64,000 nt of DNA, taken from contig CAWAEC010000001.1 in NCBI GenBank assembly GCA_963781155.1, positions 14,515 through 78,514 of the forward strand, in the 5' to 3' direction. Below the pieces are notes generated by a model that worked only from the letters and a program-made list of their open reading frames with translations, was not told the DNA's origin and did no database searches. Shown piece after piece: positions 1-9,614 of this stretch; the stretch's first letter is position 1, and each line of letters starts with the position of its first letter. A program made the translations under genes and the position numbers. The DNA is from an uncultured Acidimicrobiaceae bacterium. GTDB lineage: Bacteria > Actinomycetota > Acidimicrobiia > Acidimicrobiales > Palsa-688.

Positions 1-2
1 TC

Positions 3-1484
3 GAGGACGGCCGCGCCGCCCTCGATCACAACACCGACGCTCTCTTCGGTTCCCGGCCTTCGGGCCGGGTGCCGCGCATCATGGTGACCCTCCCCACCGA
101 GGCCGCCGACGACTATGCACTGGTGCGGCAACTGGTGGTTGCCGGCATGGACATCGCCCGCATCAACGGCGCCCACGACGACCGGGCCGCCTGGGAGCGC
201 ATGGCCGCCCACGTGCGCAAAGCGTCCGCCGACGCCAACCGACCGTGTCGAGTGTCGATGGACCTGCCGGGACCCAAGCTGCGGACCGGCCCACTCGCCG
301 ACGGGCCCCAAGTAGTCAAGCTCCGACCCGAACGCGACCTTCGGGGCATCGCCATCAAACCGGCAGTCGCGTCGCTGGTCGCCGGCTTTGCATCCGACAC
401 CCACGGTACGGCCCTGCCGGTCGACCTGTCGTGGATCGGACGCCGGAAACTGGGCGACGAGATCACCATGGTCGACACTCGAGGGTCGCGGCGTCGGCTG
501 CATATCATCGAAGCGGCACCGGGAAGGTGCGCGTTCGAGTGTTGGGACACCACCTACATGGAGACGGGCGCCGTCTTGGCCTGCGAGGCCGACACGACCC
601 AGGTGGGTGTGCTGGCCAGGATCCCGCAATCCCACTTGCTTTGCGTGGGCGACGCCCTCACGCTGACCCCCGATCTCGCTCCCGCGATGCCGTGGCGTCA
701 CGGCCAATCCGGGTGCGCCCGCATCGGATGCACCCTGCCGTCCGCTTTCGACGCAGCCAAGCCCGGCCAACGGGTGATCCTCGACGACGGGAAGATCACC
801 GGCGTCATCGAAGCCGTCGGCACCGACGGGCTGGATGTGCGCATCCTCACCGCCGCGGCCGGAGGGTCACGCCTGCGAGCGGAGAAAGGGATCAATCTGC
901 CCGACACCGATGTCGCCGCCGCGGCGGTAACCGACGCCGACCTGCCCCTGCTCGAGGCGGCCGCCACGCACGCCGACATGGTGGCCCTGTCATTCTTGCG
1001 GCACGAGCGCGACGTCGACGCCGTGCACGAGTACCTCACCCGAGTCGGAGGGCAGCACCTCGGGCTCATCTTGAAGATCGAGACTACCGCGGCGTTCAGT
1101 CGACTCCCCGAGATCCTGCTGCACGCCATGCGGTCCCGGCGCGTCGGGGTCATGATCGCCCGAGGAGACCTGGCCGTCGAAGCGGGCTACGAACGCCTCG
1201 CCGAGATGCAAGAGGAAATCCTCTGGTTGTGCGAGGCTGCACACCTGCCGGTGATCTGGGCCACCGAGGTCCTCGACCAACTAGCTCGCACCGGACAGCC
1301 CTCTCGAGCCGAAGTCACCGATGCGGCCATGGCACAGCGAGCCGAGTGCGTCATGCTCAACAAAGGACCCCACATCGATGCCGCCATCGTCGTGCTCGAC
1401 GACATCCTGCGACGCATGTCCGGACATCAGCGCAAGAAGACGCCGCTACTGCGCCCCCTGGCCAGCTGGAATCGAACAACCTGA
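3..1484 (+). CDS. pyk: pyruvate kinase family protein (5' end may lie outside window)
   Basis: ORF 69..1484. Motifs MDIARINGAHDD, KIETTAAF and MIARGDLAVE are typical of the pyruvate kinase barrel. The frame has no stop upstream back to position 3, so the true start may be left of the window. Confidence 0.8.
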   Translation, partial: EDGRAALDHNTDALFGSRPSGRVPRIMVTLPTEAADDYALVRQLVVAGMDIARINGAHDDRAAWERMAAHVRKASADANRPCRVSMDLPGPKLRTGPLADGPQVVKLRPERDLRGIAIKPAVASLVAGFASDTHGTALPVDLSWIGRRKLGDEITMVDTRGSRRRLHIIEAAPGRCAFECWDTTYMETGAVLACEADTTQVGVLARIPQSHLLCVGDALTLTPDLAPAMPWRHGQSGCARIGCTLPSAFDAAKPGQRVILDDGKITGVIEAVGTDGLDVRILTAAAGGSRLRAEKGINLPDTDVAAAAVTDADLPLLEAAATHADMVALSFLRHERDVDAVHEYLTRVGGQHLGLILKIETTAAFSRLPEILLHAMRSRRVGVMIARGDLAVEAGYERLAEMQEEILWLCEAAHLPVIWATEVLDQLARTGQPSRAEVTDAAMAQRAECVMLNKGPHIDAAIVVLDDILRRMSGHQRKKTPLLRPLASWNRTT

Positions 1485-1741
1485 TCCGGCCGACCCCCGA
1501 CCCGAAAGGCCGCCCGCAAGCCAGCCGGTTTGCGTTGTCGATCCTCGAAGACTTGGGCCGCTCACCCGGTCAAGGGAACGTCGTTAATCGGAGAGCGGGC
1601 GACGAGGCGACGAACAAGTGGGGCACCCTCCAGACGCTCATCGGCGGCGTTAGAAAACGCTGGCTGACTGAACCTGGTGCAGATCGCTGCTGGAACGCCA
1701 GTCGATGGTGTCAGGAGTCGGCCGTGCGGGCCCGGTGCTGG

Positions 1742-3400
1742 TCAGGCGCCGAGCGTGTCCCGGCGGTTGAAAAGCACGCCTCCGATGGCAGCGCCGAGCA
1801 CACCGAGTCCTGTTATCATGGCTGCGCTGGCCCAGTCGGGGCTGGTCGCAGGGGCGGGGACCATGTGGAAGAACACCGAGGTGTCCAGGATCCAGTGGTT
1901 GGTGTGGATGGCCGCCCCGATGAACTCGAGGAGGAACGACCACGCCAGGTAGCCGTAGGCGACGGCCGCGGTGCGCCGGGGCCAAGCGCCGAGCACCAGG
2001 GCGCCGAGGCCGAGAACGAACACTGATGGCGGCACGGTGTTGATCCCGGAGGCCAAGACCGAGCTGAAGGCTATGCCACCGTGCTGGCTGGCGGCGCCGG
2101 CCCAGGCGCCGACGCCGGCCAGGAGACCGGCTGTGAGGAGCAGAATGGTCGAGAGGCCCAGTCGGCCGGCGAACCAAGTTCTGCGGCTCAGGGGACGGAC
2201 CACCAGGTTCTCCAAGCGCCCGTCAGCTTCTTCGCTCCGAATGGCGACAATCTGGCCGGCTGCGATGAGGGCGATCAGCAGGGCCAGTAAGAGGAACGTG
2301 AGCCCGAGGTAGGCGGCGACGAGGGAGCCGTGTCCGCCCAGGCGGGCGAGCGCCTTCTCGATAGTGCTGTTGCCGGTAACGGCCTTGGTGGCGGACTCGG
2401 CCACGGTGCCGATCAGTATCGACATCGCGGCTACCGCGAACAGCCAACCGAGGGCTACTGGCCGCATGAGCCTGGTCGCCAACCCGACCGGGTTGCCGAG
2501 CAGAGCCAGGTGCGGGGGTGCGGTGTCGCGATCGGCGAGAGTGGCGGCGCCGAGGTCCCGGGTTCCGGCGAGACGCACGGTGACGGCACTGACCGCCACC
2601 ACCAAGGCGAGCACCGGGAGCAGGGCGATGGGGTGGGGGGTCGTGAGCGGGCGCGCCTCCTCGATCCAGCCGAGCGGGCTGAGCCACACCATCCAGTGCA
2701 CGCTCGGATCGGAATCAGCCACCATACGCAGCGCATAGGCGACGCCGAAGATGACCGCCGCCATGGAGGCGGCCCGGCGGCGGGTGTTGGCCAGCTGGCT
2801 GGTGAGCGCCCCGACGGCGAGAAAGACCGCTGCGCCGGCCACCAGGGTCAGCGAGAAGTACAGGGATTGGGCGAGGCTGAAGCCGACTGACGGGGCTCGA
2901 CCGGTGAGCACTGTGCCGACGGTGGTCACGACAAACAACGCCACCAGCCCGACCCCGAGGCCGGCCATAGCTTGGGCCCCGCCGCCACGGCGGGTGGTCT
3001 GGCCGGCGAGGAGCAGTTCGTAGCGGCCGGCCTCCTCCTCACCGCGCAGGAGCCGGGTGGAGGTGAGCAGCCCCCAGATGGCCCCGAGCAGGCTCAGGAT
3101 TCCGAGGGCCCGCCAGGACAAGTAGCCGGCCACCGTGTTGATGGCTCGGGCCGGACCGATCAAGGCGGTAATGCCGATGTTGGTACCGAAGGCGTGAGCC
3201 AGCTGGTCGCGCGAGGCCTGGGTCTTATAGGCCGACGTATACCCGAAGGTCTGCGCCGCCACGTAGAAGGCGAAGATCGACCCCCACAGGAGGCCCGAAC
3301 GTCCGGCTCGGCTCGATACCTGCCGGGCCACCACCCGCTGCGGGTACCGGCCCATTAGAGAGAGGTCCCGAGGCCGGCCCTTAACGAGCAGGTCGGTCAC
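1742..3400 (-). CDS. ABC transporter permease (ABC-2 type, multi-TM)
   Basis: Long hydrophobic product. GTG at 3400 overlaps the ATPase stop as GTGA. The upstream part of the 692-aa ORF overlaps the ATPase gene in another frame and is Arg/Gly/Pro-rich filler. Confidence 0.75.
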   Translation of the reverse strand: MTDLLVKGRPRDLSLMGRYPQRVVARQVSSRAGRSGLLWGSIFAFYVAAQTFGYTSAYKTQASRDQLAHAFGTNIGITALIGPARAINTVAGYLSWRALGILSLLGAIWGLLTSTRLLRGEEEAGRYELLLAGQTTRRGGGAQAMAGLGVGLVALFVVTTVGTVLTGRAPSVGFSLAQSLYFSLTLVAGAAVFLAVGALTSQLANTRRRAASMAAVIFGVAYALRMVADSDPSVHWMVWLSPLGWIEEARPLTTPHPIALLPVLALVVAVSAVTVRLAGTRDLGAATLADRDTAPPHLALLGNPVGLATRLMRPVALGWLFAVAAMSILIGTVAESATKAVTGNSTIEKALARLGGHGSLVAAYLGLTFLLLALLIALIAAGQIVAIRSEEADGRLENLVVRPLSRRTWFAGRLGLSTILLLTAGLLAGVGAWAGAASQHGGIAFSSVLASGINTVPPSVFVLGLGALVLGAWPRRTAAVAYGYLAWSFLLEFIGAAIHTNHWILDTSVFFHMVPAPATSPDWASAAMITGLGVLGAAIGGVLFNRRDTLGA

Positions 3401-4338
3401 GGTCCACCCGGAGCGGACCCGGTCGAGACCCCGGCAGGGACCGGGGTAGCCCCGTCGGCTCCGTAATGAGCCAGGAACAGCTCCTCCAGCGAGGGCTCGC
3501 GGCTGAGCAGCTCGCGAACCCCGGTGCCGGCCAGGGCGTCGACGAGCGGCTCGATCGAGCCCTGGACCTCCAGGTGGACATGGCGTCCATCTACCACGGC
3601 CCGCTTGACGCCGGCCACATCGGCGAGGTCGGGTGGTGTCGCGTCGAAGACGGCCTCGACGCTCAACGTCGAAAGGTGACGCATCTGGTCGAGGGTCCCG
3701 ATCTCGACCAGCCGTCCGTCGCGAAGAATGCCCACCCGGTCGCAAAGGGCCTCGACCTCGCTGAGGATGTGCGACGAGAGGAACACGGTCTGGCCGACCT
3801 GGCGGGCCTCTTGGATGCAATGGCGAAACGCCTGTTCCATCAACGGGTCCAGGCCGCTGGTGGGCTCGTCGAGCAGAAGCAGATCCGGCCTGGTCATCAG
3901 CGCCGCGATGAGCAGCACCTTCTGGCGGTTGCCCTTGGAGTAAGCCCGCACCTTCTTCGACGGGTCGAGATCGAACCGCCGGATGAGCTCATCACGATAG
4001 GCCCGGTCGACGTGCCCTTGCACCCGTCCCAGCAGGTGCAACGTCTCGGCTCCCGTGAGCGAGGGCCACAGGTTGGACTCTCCCGGCACGTAAGCGAGAC
4101 GACGATGGACGTCCACCGTCTGGCGCTGGCAGTCAAGCCCGAAGATCTCGGCCCGGCCCGCCGTCGGTCGGGCCAGGCCGAGCAGCAGACGGATAGTGGT
4201 CGTCTTGCCGGCCCCATTGGGCCCCAGATACCCAACAACCTCCCCCTCCGCGATGTCCAAGTCGAGGTCGCTCAGCGCCGCCACGTCGCCGTAGCGCTTG
4301 GTGAGACCCTCAGTGTGGACCGCGGGCGCGCCCATCAT
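3397..4338 (-). CDS. ABC transporter ATP-binding protein
   Basis: Walker A GPNGAGKTT and Walker B LLLLDEPTSGLD. GGAGG lies 9 nt upstream of ATG 4338. Confidence 0.9.
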   Translation of the reverse strand: MMGAPAVHTEGLTKRYGDVAALSDLDLDIAEGEVVGYLGPNGAGKTTTIRLLLGLARPTAGRAEIFGLDCQRQTVDVHRRLAYVPGESNLWPSLTGAETLHLLGRVQGHVDRAYRDELIRRFDLDPSKKVRAYSKGNRQKVLLIAALMTRPDLLLLDEPTSGLDPLMEQAFRHCIQEARQVGQTVFLSSHILSEVEALCDRVGILRDGRLVEIGTLDQMRHLSTLSVEAVFDATPPDLADVAGVKRAVVDGRHVHLEVQGSIEPLVDALAGTGVRELLSREPSLEELFLAHYGADGATPVPAGVSTGSAPGGP

Positions 4339-5023
4339 CTCTTTCGACCTCCATGGTTCCTCCAGGAGAACGTAGAGCCGACGGACCCGCCGAAATCAGA
4401 GTCCAAAGTCCTGACGACGACGTCGCCTGGACGATCTGGCCCTGGTCATGGGTTGGTGCCGTCGGGGGTGACGATGATGCGGCCTTGCCGCCAGAACGTC
4501 GGCACGTCGGCGAGGGCGCGATGGCGGCCAGGCCAGCGGCGAGCAGACCACTCCGGCTGGGCGAGACGGAGCACTTACGGGCCCCCGCCGATGATGTACT
4601 GCTCCTTGGGTTCTGCGGTCTTCTCGCACGCCTTGACGCTCAATACAGGGTGTCCGTCTCGGAGCCGGGGATGAGACGTAATGGTCTCGGCGGGATCGTC
4701 GACCACGAGGATGCGGCAGTCCTCGACCTGGCGCTTGGCGAACTACTCCCGGTGGCCCGCTCCCCGTCGGTGTCAGCGGGATGCGGATGGCGGACAGCGC
4801 TGTCGAAGGAGGGCTGGGACGTCTTTCGGCCGAAGCGGGTGCGGACGGCTTGGTGGGGGGCGGGTTTCTCCGGGTGAGCTCAACGGCCCAAGGCGACAGG
4901 ATGAGTGACCTTCGTCCCTACCTTCGCTGGCCGATGGAGCGGATGATTGAACAATGGGCAACCCTCAGCCAGAAGGTGGCACCAATGAGACCCAGGGGCC
5001 TCGAGCGGACAGGGGGTGTAGAG

Positions 5024-5404
5024 ATGGCTCTGATCGATGATGACAAACCTACCGACAGCGACTCCAACGCTGCGACGGGCCGCGACCCGGCCGTGCGCCA
5101 GCGGGCGATCAAGCAGATCGAACGCAGACGTAAGTTCCGTGTTCGGGCCATCGGGTCCGCGGTTGGCATGATCATCCTCGTGGCTATTTGGGCGGCAACC
5201 GAGTACCACAATGCCGGGGGCTGGCCAACCCAGGGGTTCAGCCAGAGTTCCGGCATTCATGACGTGTGGAACTTCTGGATCGTCTACCCCGTCGGCGCCT
5301 GGCTGCTGATCCTAGGGATCGACGCTTGGTCCGTCTACGGGCGGAGGCCGATCTCGGAGAATGAAATCGAGCGGGAGATCGAGCGTCAGACGGACAGGCG
5401 CTGA
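5024..5404 (+). CDS. 2TM-domain membrane protein
   Basis: Internal ATG at 5024 of ORF 4781..5404. Product has an acidic N-terminus, then two TM helices (AIGSAVGMIILVAIWAATEY, FWIVYPVGAWLLILGIDAW). Start is uncertain. Confidence 0.6.
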   Translation: MALIDDDKPTDSDSNAATGRDPAVRQRAIKQIERRRKFRVRAIGSAVGMIILVAIWAATEYHNAGGWPTQGFSQSSGIHDVWNFWIVYPVGAWLLILGIDAWSVYGRRPISENEIEREIERQTDRR

Positions 5405-5705
5405 CAGCTTCGACTGCCAAATACAAGCTCGACAGAGCGCCAGACTGACGCGGGGAGTCCGCTTACCTGGGATGGCCGCAAACCAGGTCTCTGCCCAGCG
5501 GGGTCCGGGGGACGGAAAGAACCAATGGCCCTAGCCGGTTTGCTGACCGTCGAGGAGTGGATGGTGCTGTATGCCGGCTACTACCCGAGATCGCGCTCGA
5601 TCCGTGACACTCTGGACCTCGTCGGCCTCGCCGACCATCCCACGATGAGGTGTGGCCAGCGACTGCATAGGACTGAACTGTGTTTACGCAGATGAGGCGT
5701 GGCCG

Positions 5706-6044
5706 TCAACGAACGACGGTCCGGCCGGGCAAAGGTCTGATGGGAACACGTCTGGCCGAGACTTGCACCCCCACTCCGATCGGTACTCGAATCTCGAACA
5801 CGCCATCGCCATAGGCCGCGCTGACCTGGTCCTCCTTCGTTCCGGCAGGTAGGCCGATGTCCCGAACGAAGCTCCCGTAGCGGAGATCGGAGGGATGATC
5901 TCTGGGTTCAGGTCCAACTTCACGATAGGCGCGAACGTGCAGCACGTCGTGGGCTACGAAAACTTCGATGTCGTGTTCCGGATCAATGCCGGGAAGCTCT
6001 GCTCGTATCACGAGAAGATCGCCTTCCCGGCTCTCAATAGCCAT
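5706..6044 (-). CDS. Hsp20/alpha-crystallin family small heat-shock protein (core domain only)
   Basis: MAIESREGDLLVIRAELPGIDPEHDIEV...GSFVRDIGLP...AAYGDGVFEIRVP matches the alpha-crystallin domain. ATG 6044 lies 1 nt after the USP stop (TGAgATG). Confidence 0.8.
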   Translation of the reverse strand: MAIESREGDLLVIRAELPGIDPEHDIEVFVAHDVLHVRAYREVGPEPRDHPSDLRYGSFVRDIGLPAGTKEDQVSAAYGDGVFEIRVPIGVGVQVSARRVPIRPLPGRTVVR

Positions 6045-6045
6045 C

Positions 6046-6468
6046 TCATTCAGCCTTAACGATGACGACCACGGGGGAACTGCGATAGGACGCGACCTGC
6101 TGCCCGACGGATCCGAGAAGCAGCCCAGCGAAACCTCCATGGCCTCGGGACCCGACAACGAGCATGTCCGCTCCCTGCCCGTGTTCGAGCAGCACCTTGG
6201 CTGCGTGCCCGTTCTGGGCGACCATCGCGAGTTCGATCTCCGGCTGCTCACCGAGCACAGTTGCGACGTCGGCATCGAGGTGCTTCTGTGCGATCTGACC
6301 CATCTCGGTGTAGCTGCCGAACTCACCAGCCGTCCATGCTCGCACGATCTCGAGAAACCCTTCTCGCCGTTTGGCCTCGGCCGCCGCCCACATCAGGGCT
6401 CGTTTGGAATTTTCGGAGCCATCAAATCCCACGACGATCCGGTACGGCCTCTGCTCTGGCTCGGACAT
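6046..6468 (-). CDS. universal stress protein (single USP domain)
   Basis: YRIVVGFDGSENSKRAL ... LVVGSRGHGGFAGLLLGSVGQQVASYRSSPVVVI is a canonical UspA fold signature. Confidence 0.9.
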   Translation of the reverse strand: MSEPEQRPYRIVVGFDGSENSKRALMWAAAEAKRREGFLEIVRAWTAGEFGSYTEMGQIAQKHLDADVATVLGEQPEIELAMVAQNGHAAKVLLEHGQGADMLVVGSRGHGGFAGLLLGSVGQQVASYRSSPVVVIVKAE

Positions 6469-6518
6469 GTCGCGTCCTTTCCCGGGGGAAATCCCCTTCT
6501 GCTGCCCGGACCGGCTCT

Positions 6519-6532
6519 CGAGCCGATCGTCC
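6519..6532 (-). promoter_or_regulatory. weak copy of the GGGACYTTCGGNCC box (CGGACGATCGGCTC in gene direction)
   Basis: 51-64 nt upstream of USP ATG 6468. 11/14 match to the DoxX copy. Confidence 0.25.
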
Positions 6533-6772
6533 GGGGTCTGTGCGGATCCAACTGCAACCAGCTTGTCCGGGTGACGGATCTGACGGCTAGGGCCGAGAGC
6601 CTCTAATGCGGGGCTTGGCCAGTCCGAAGATAAGAGGACCGCCGTAAATCGCCGCGGCGGCGACGCTGGGCAATGACGAAACCTCGGTGAAGCCAGCGAC
6701 TGACAGCAACCCGGCTGCGGTAACCACGCCCGGCCGCTGCCTAGGGATCCGGGCCTGGAAAACCTAGCGCAC

Positions 6773-7903
6773 TCACTCCGCTCCGGATCGGTCCGCAGCC
6801 GCGAACGCCCTCACAGAGTCACGCAACGCCTTCAGGCCGGGAAGATCGCCGCGTTCGATGAACTCCAGAGTGGCCCCTCCGCCGGTCGATATGTGATCGA
6901 TCCGGCCTGATAGCCCGAACTGAGAGACCGCGGCCACGGTGTCGCCACCTCCGATGACCGAAAAAGCAGCCGACGCAGCGACGGATTCGGCGACGGCACG
7001 AGTTCCGTCGGCAAAGCGGGGATCCTCGAACACGCCCATCGGACCGTTCCATAACACCGTGCCCGCGTCCTTGATGATCCCGGCGAAGGTAGCGACGGTG
7101 CCGGGGCCGATATCGCGACCGTTCCAGCCGGGAGGTACGTCCAAATCACTACTCGCCGACCGATCGGGAGTCCCGTCGCTTCCCAGCACCAGGTCGGAGG
7201 GCAGGACGATCCGGCCGGAATGCAAGAGGCCTCGGCAGCGGTCGATCTGGTCCGGCTCGACCATCGACTCCCCGGTGGAATGGCCCGCCGCAGCCAAGAA
7301 GGTGAAGCACATCCCGCCGCCGATCAGGATGGTGTCGACCCGATCGAGCAGAGCGGACACCACTCCCAGTTTGTCCGACACTTTGGCCCCGCCGAGAAGC
7401 GCAACGAACGGAGGGGCCGGCGAGTCCAGCAGTCCAGAAAGGACCGCGACCTCGCGCGCCACCAGCCGTCCGGCCGCAGAGGGCAGCCGGGTGGGGGGGC
7501 CGACCACTGAAGCGTGGGCTCGATGAACGCATCCAAAGGCGTCGTCGACGTAAAGGTCCTGACCGGCCACAAGACGGTCAACGAAGGCCGGGTCGTTCGC
7601 CTCCTCACCGGGATCGAATCTCAGGTTGTCAAGCAACGCCACACCCGGCGCCAGCTCAGCCAGACGGCGCCGGACCGGCTCCACATCGAACCGAGGGTCG
7701 AGCTTTCCCTTGGGCCGTCCGAGGTGGGTGCAGGTCGTAACAGAAGCCCCCCGCTCGGTTAGCCAGTTGAGCGTCGGCAAAGCAGCGCGGATCCGAAAGT
7801 CGTGAGAAATGTCGCCGTTCGCCACGGGCACGTTGAAGTCACACCGGACCAAGACCCGTCGGCCACACACATTGGGCAGGTCTTCCAACTCAGGAAGCTT
7901 CAC
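6773..7903 (-). CDS. pgk: phosphoglycerate kinase
   Basis: RVLVRCDFNVPV, CTHLGRPKG, GGGDT and STGGGA motifs. GTG 7903 lies 12 nt after the gap stop. The longer ORF to 8047 overlaps gap. Confidence 0.9.
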   Translation of the reverse strand: MKLPELEDLPNVCGRRVLVRCDFNVPVANGDISHDFRIRAALPTLNWLTERGASVTTCTHLGRPKGKLDPRFDVEPVRRRLAELAPGVALLDNLRFDPGEEANDPAFVDRLVAGQDLYVDDAFGCVHRAHASVVGPPTRLPSAAGRLVAREVAVLSGLLDSPAPPFVALLGGAKVSDKLGVVSALLDRVDTILIGGGMCFTFLAAAGHSTGESMVEPDQIDRCRGLLHSGRIVLPSDLVLGSDGTPDRSASSDLDVPPGWNGRDIGPGTVATFAGIIKDAGTVLWNGPMGVFEDPRFADGTRAVAESVAASAAFSVIGGGDTVAAVSQFGLSGRIDHISTGGGATLEFIERGDLPGLKALRDSVRAFAAADRSGAE

Positions 7904-7914
7904 CGCAATCGCCC

Positions 7915-8922
7915 CTAGCGGCCGGCACGACCGACGACGGCAGACAGCTCCCCAAGGCGGTTCGCGTATCCCCATTCGTTGTCGTACCAGCCATACACCT
8001 TGACCATCTGGCCGGCCGCCATCGTTAGCCCGGAGTCGAACACGCACGATGCCGGGTTCCCGATGATGTCGGTCGAGACCAGAGGTTCCTCGCTGTACTC
8101 GAGGATCCCGGTCAGGTTCGTCGCCGCCGCGTCCCGGAAGACTTCGTTTACGTCAGCCACCGTGACCGGTCGATGGAGCCAGGCCACCAAATCGGTGATC
8201 GACCCGTCAGGGACCGGTACCCGCAAGGCGCTCCCATCGAGCCGCCCGGTGACCGCCGGGAGTACCAGGCCGGTAGCCCGGGCCGCGCCCGTCGAGGTGG
8301 GAACGATGTTGAGCCCAGCGGCGCGCCCCCTGCGTGGATCCTTGTGCGGCGCATCGACGAGGACCTGATCTCCAGTGTAGGCATGCACGGTGGTGATGAA
8401 ACCCTGCTCGACGCCGAAGTTGTCCTCGAGCACCTTGATCATCGGCGCCAAGCAGTTCGTCGTACAAGACGCGTTCGACACCACCTGGTGCTGGAGGGGA
8501 TCAAAGGTTCGCTCATTGACGCCCAACACAATCGTGGCATCCGCGCCTTGGCACGGGGAGGAAACGACAACCCTGGAGGCCCCCGCAGTCAAGTGCTTGG
8601 CGGCTAACTCACGGGTCCGGAACCGACCCGTCGCCTCAACCGCCACGTCGACGCCGATCGACCGCCACGGCAACTCCTCAGGATCCCGTTCTTGGTAGAA
8701 GCGCAAGGGCATGCCGTCCACGATTATCTCGTTATCGCCAATCTTCAGGTCCCGTCCCAGTCGGCCATAGACAGAATCACGGGCCAGCAGGCCAGCCATG
8801 GCGGACAACGAGCCCAAGTCGTTGACCGCGACCACTTCGATACCCAGATCGCGTTCGATTGAGGCCCGATAGAGCGCCCGTCCCATACGCCCGAATCCAT
8901 TGATACCCACCCGAACCGACAC
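7915..8922 (-). CDS. gap: glyceraldehyde-3-phosphate dehydrogenase
   Basis: INGFGRMGR and active-site SNASCTTNCLAP. GTG start is preceded by GAGAGGAG. Confidence 0.95.
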   Translation of the reverse strand: MSVRVGINGFGRMGRALYRASIERDLGIEVVAVNDLGSLSAMAGLLARDSVYGRLGRDLKIGDNEIIVDGMPLRFYQERDPEELPWRSIGVDVAVEATGRFRTRELAAKHLTAGASRVVVSSPCQGADATIVLGVNERTFDPLQHQVVSNASCTTNCLAPMIKVLEDNFGVEQGFITTVHAYTGDQVLVDAPHKDPRRGRAAGLNIVPTSTGAARATGLVLPAVTGRLDGSALRVPVPDGSITDLVAWLHRPVTVADVNEVFRDAAATNLTGILEYSEEPLVSTDIIGNPASCVFDSGLTMAAGQMVKVYGWYDNEWGYANRLGELSAVVGRAGR

Positions 8923-8980
8923 TTGAGGCTCCTCTCTCGTAACTATGAGCCAGTCTCACCGGTTAGGGGCGCACCTTCTA

Positions 8981-8994
8981 GGGCCGAAAGTCCC
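8981..8994 (-). promoter_or_regulatory. GGGACTTTCGGCCC box upstream of gap-pgk
   Basis: Plus strand reads GGGCCGAAAGTCCC. 59-72 nt upstream of GTG 8922, oriented toward the gene. Confidence 0.5.
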
Positions 8995-9154
8995 ACAGCA
9001 CCGCCGTGGTTCACCAGCCGATGCGGTTCGGTCTCTCGCCTATCCTCGCCGTGTTCTTTCCCATCTCCCGCGCTGGTACTGTTGCTGTGACTCAGATAGT
9101 GGTGGCAGGTTTCCGCCCCCTGGCCTCCGATACGAGGTGAGGTGGCGCTGCAGC

Positions 9155-9562
9155 TCAGGCGGACGGCCGTTCGATTCTCCTACCAGAGATCAGCTCCGGG
9201 TGGACGCGGATCAAGCGGTGTCTGTCTCCGCCCACGCCGGCCGCCGGCACCTCCCGGTCGCAGCGATCGACGTCATCCACAACCTCTTCCGCGACTCCGA
9301 CTACGAGTACGCTCCAGCCCTGCTGCGATTGTCCACTGGCGCGGTCGACTTCGAACGCCACGATGGTGTGGTCCAAGGCAGCTCTGAGTTTGAGCCCTTC
9401 TCCCGTGCGGAACATTACGTCGCCGTCCACCATCGAGTAGTTGACCGGAAAGATCGCGGGCAACGCCCCTAGGGAGATTCCGACTCGTCCGAGCGTCTCG
9501 CCAGCGAGTAGGCGACGGCACTGCTCTTCATCCAGCAATTCCAGACCCTCGTCGACGAGCAT
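9155..9562 (-). CDS. pyridoxamine 5'-phosphate oxidase (PPOX) family FMN/F420-binding-fold protein
   Basis: LDEEQCRRLLAGETLGRVG...IFPVNY...VAFEVD...GWSVLVVG. One of four paralogs in the window. Confidence 0.8.
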   Translation of the reverse strand: MLVDEGLELLDEEQCRRLLAGETLGRVGISLGALPAIFPVNYSMVDGDVMFRTGEGLKLRAALDHTIVAFEVDRASGQSQQGWSVLVVGVAEEVVDDVDRCDREVPAAGVGGDRHRLIRVHPELISGRRIERPSA

Positions 9563-9598
9563 GCTGTCACCCTAAATCGAACCCGTACGCCACGAGCA

Positions 9599-9612
9599 GA
9601 GCCGAACGACCC
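9599..9612 (-). promoter_or_regulatory. GGGTCGTTCGGCTC box upstream of PPOX gene
   Basis: 37-50 nt upstream of ATG 9562. 12/14 identical to the DoxX copy. Confidence 0.4.
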
Positions 9613-9614
9613 TT

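Noticed and set aside
245-2026. Very long ORFs antisense to or out of frame with recognised genes (245..2026, 10958..12124, 13164..14999 upstream part, 13446..14453, 15197..16462, 38788..40083, 59731..61494, 48387..49397)
   Set aside because: Their products are Arg/Pro/Gly/Ala-rich low-complexity strings. They overlap genes with clear domain signatures. This is the usual open-frame artefact of high-GC DNA.
4400-4780. Minus-strand fragments (CRILVVDDPAETI..., GRIIVTPDGTNP-stop) hinting at a decayed regulator upstream of the ABC operon
   Set aside because: These are short motifs only, interrupted by stops. I cannot assign a family from the sequence alone.
5525-5698. 57-codon ORF (MALAGLLTVEEWMVLYAGYYPRSRSIRDTLDLVGLADH...) resembling an ABC ATPase segment
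   Set aside because: Similarity is limited to a VGL-type stretch, and there are no Walker motifs. It is possibly a remnant but not supportable.
6483-6495. Near-palindrome GGGGGAAATCCCC just upstream of the USP start
   Set aside because: It lies 15-27 nt from the ATG, next to the RBS. It is only a 4-5 bp stem and is not repeated elsewhere, so it is too weak to call a site.
6600-6772. 48-68 codon hydrophobic minus-strand ORF after pgk (possible secG-like peptide)
   Set aside because: There is no RBS, third-position GC is modest, and no SecG signature is recognised.
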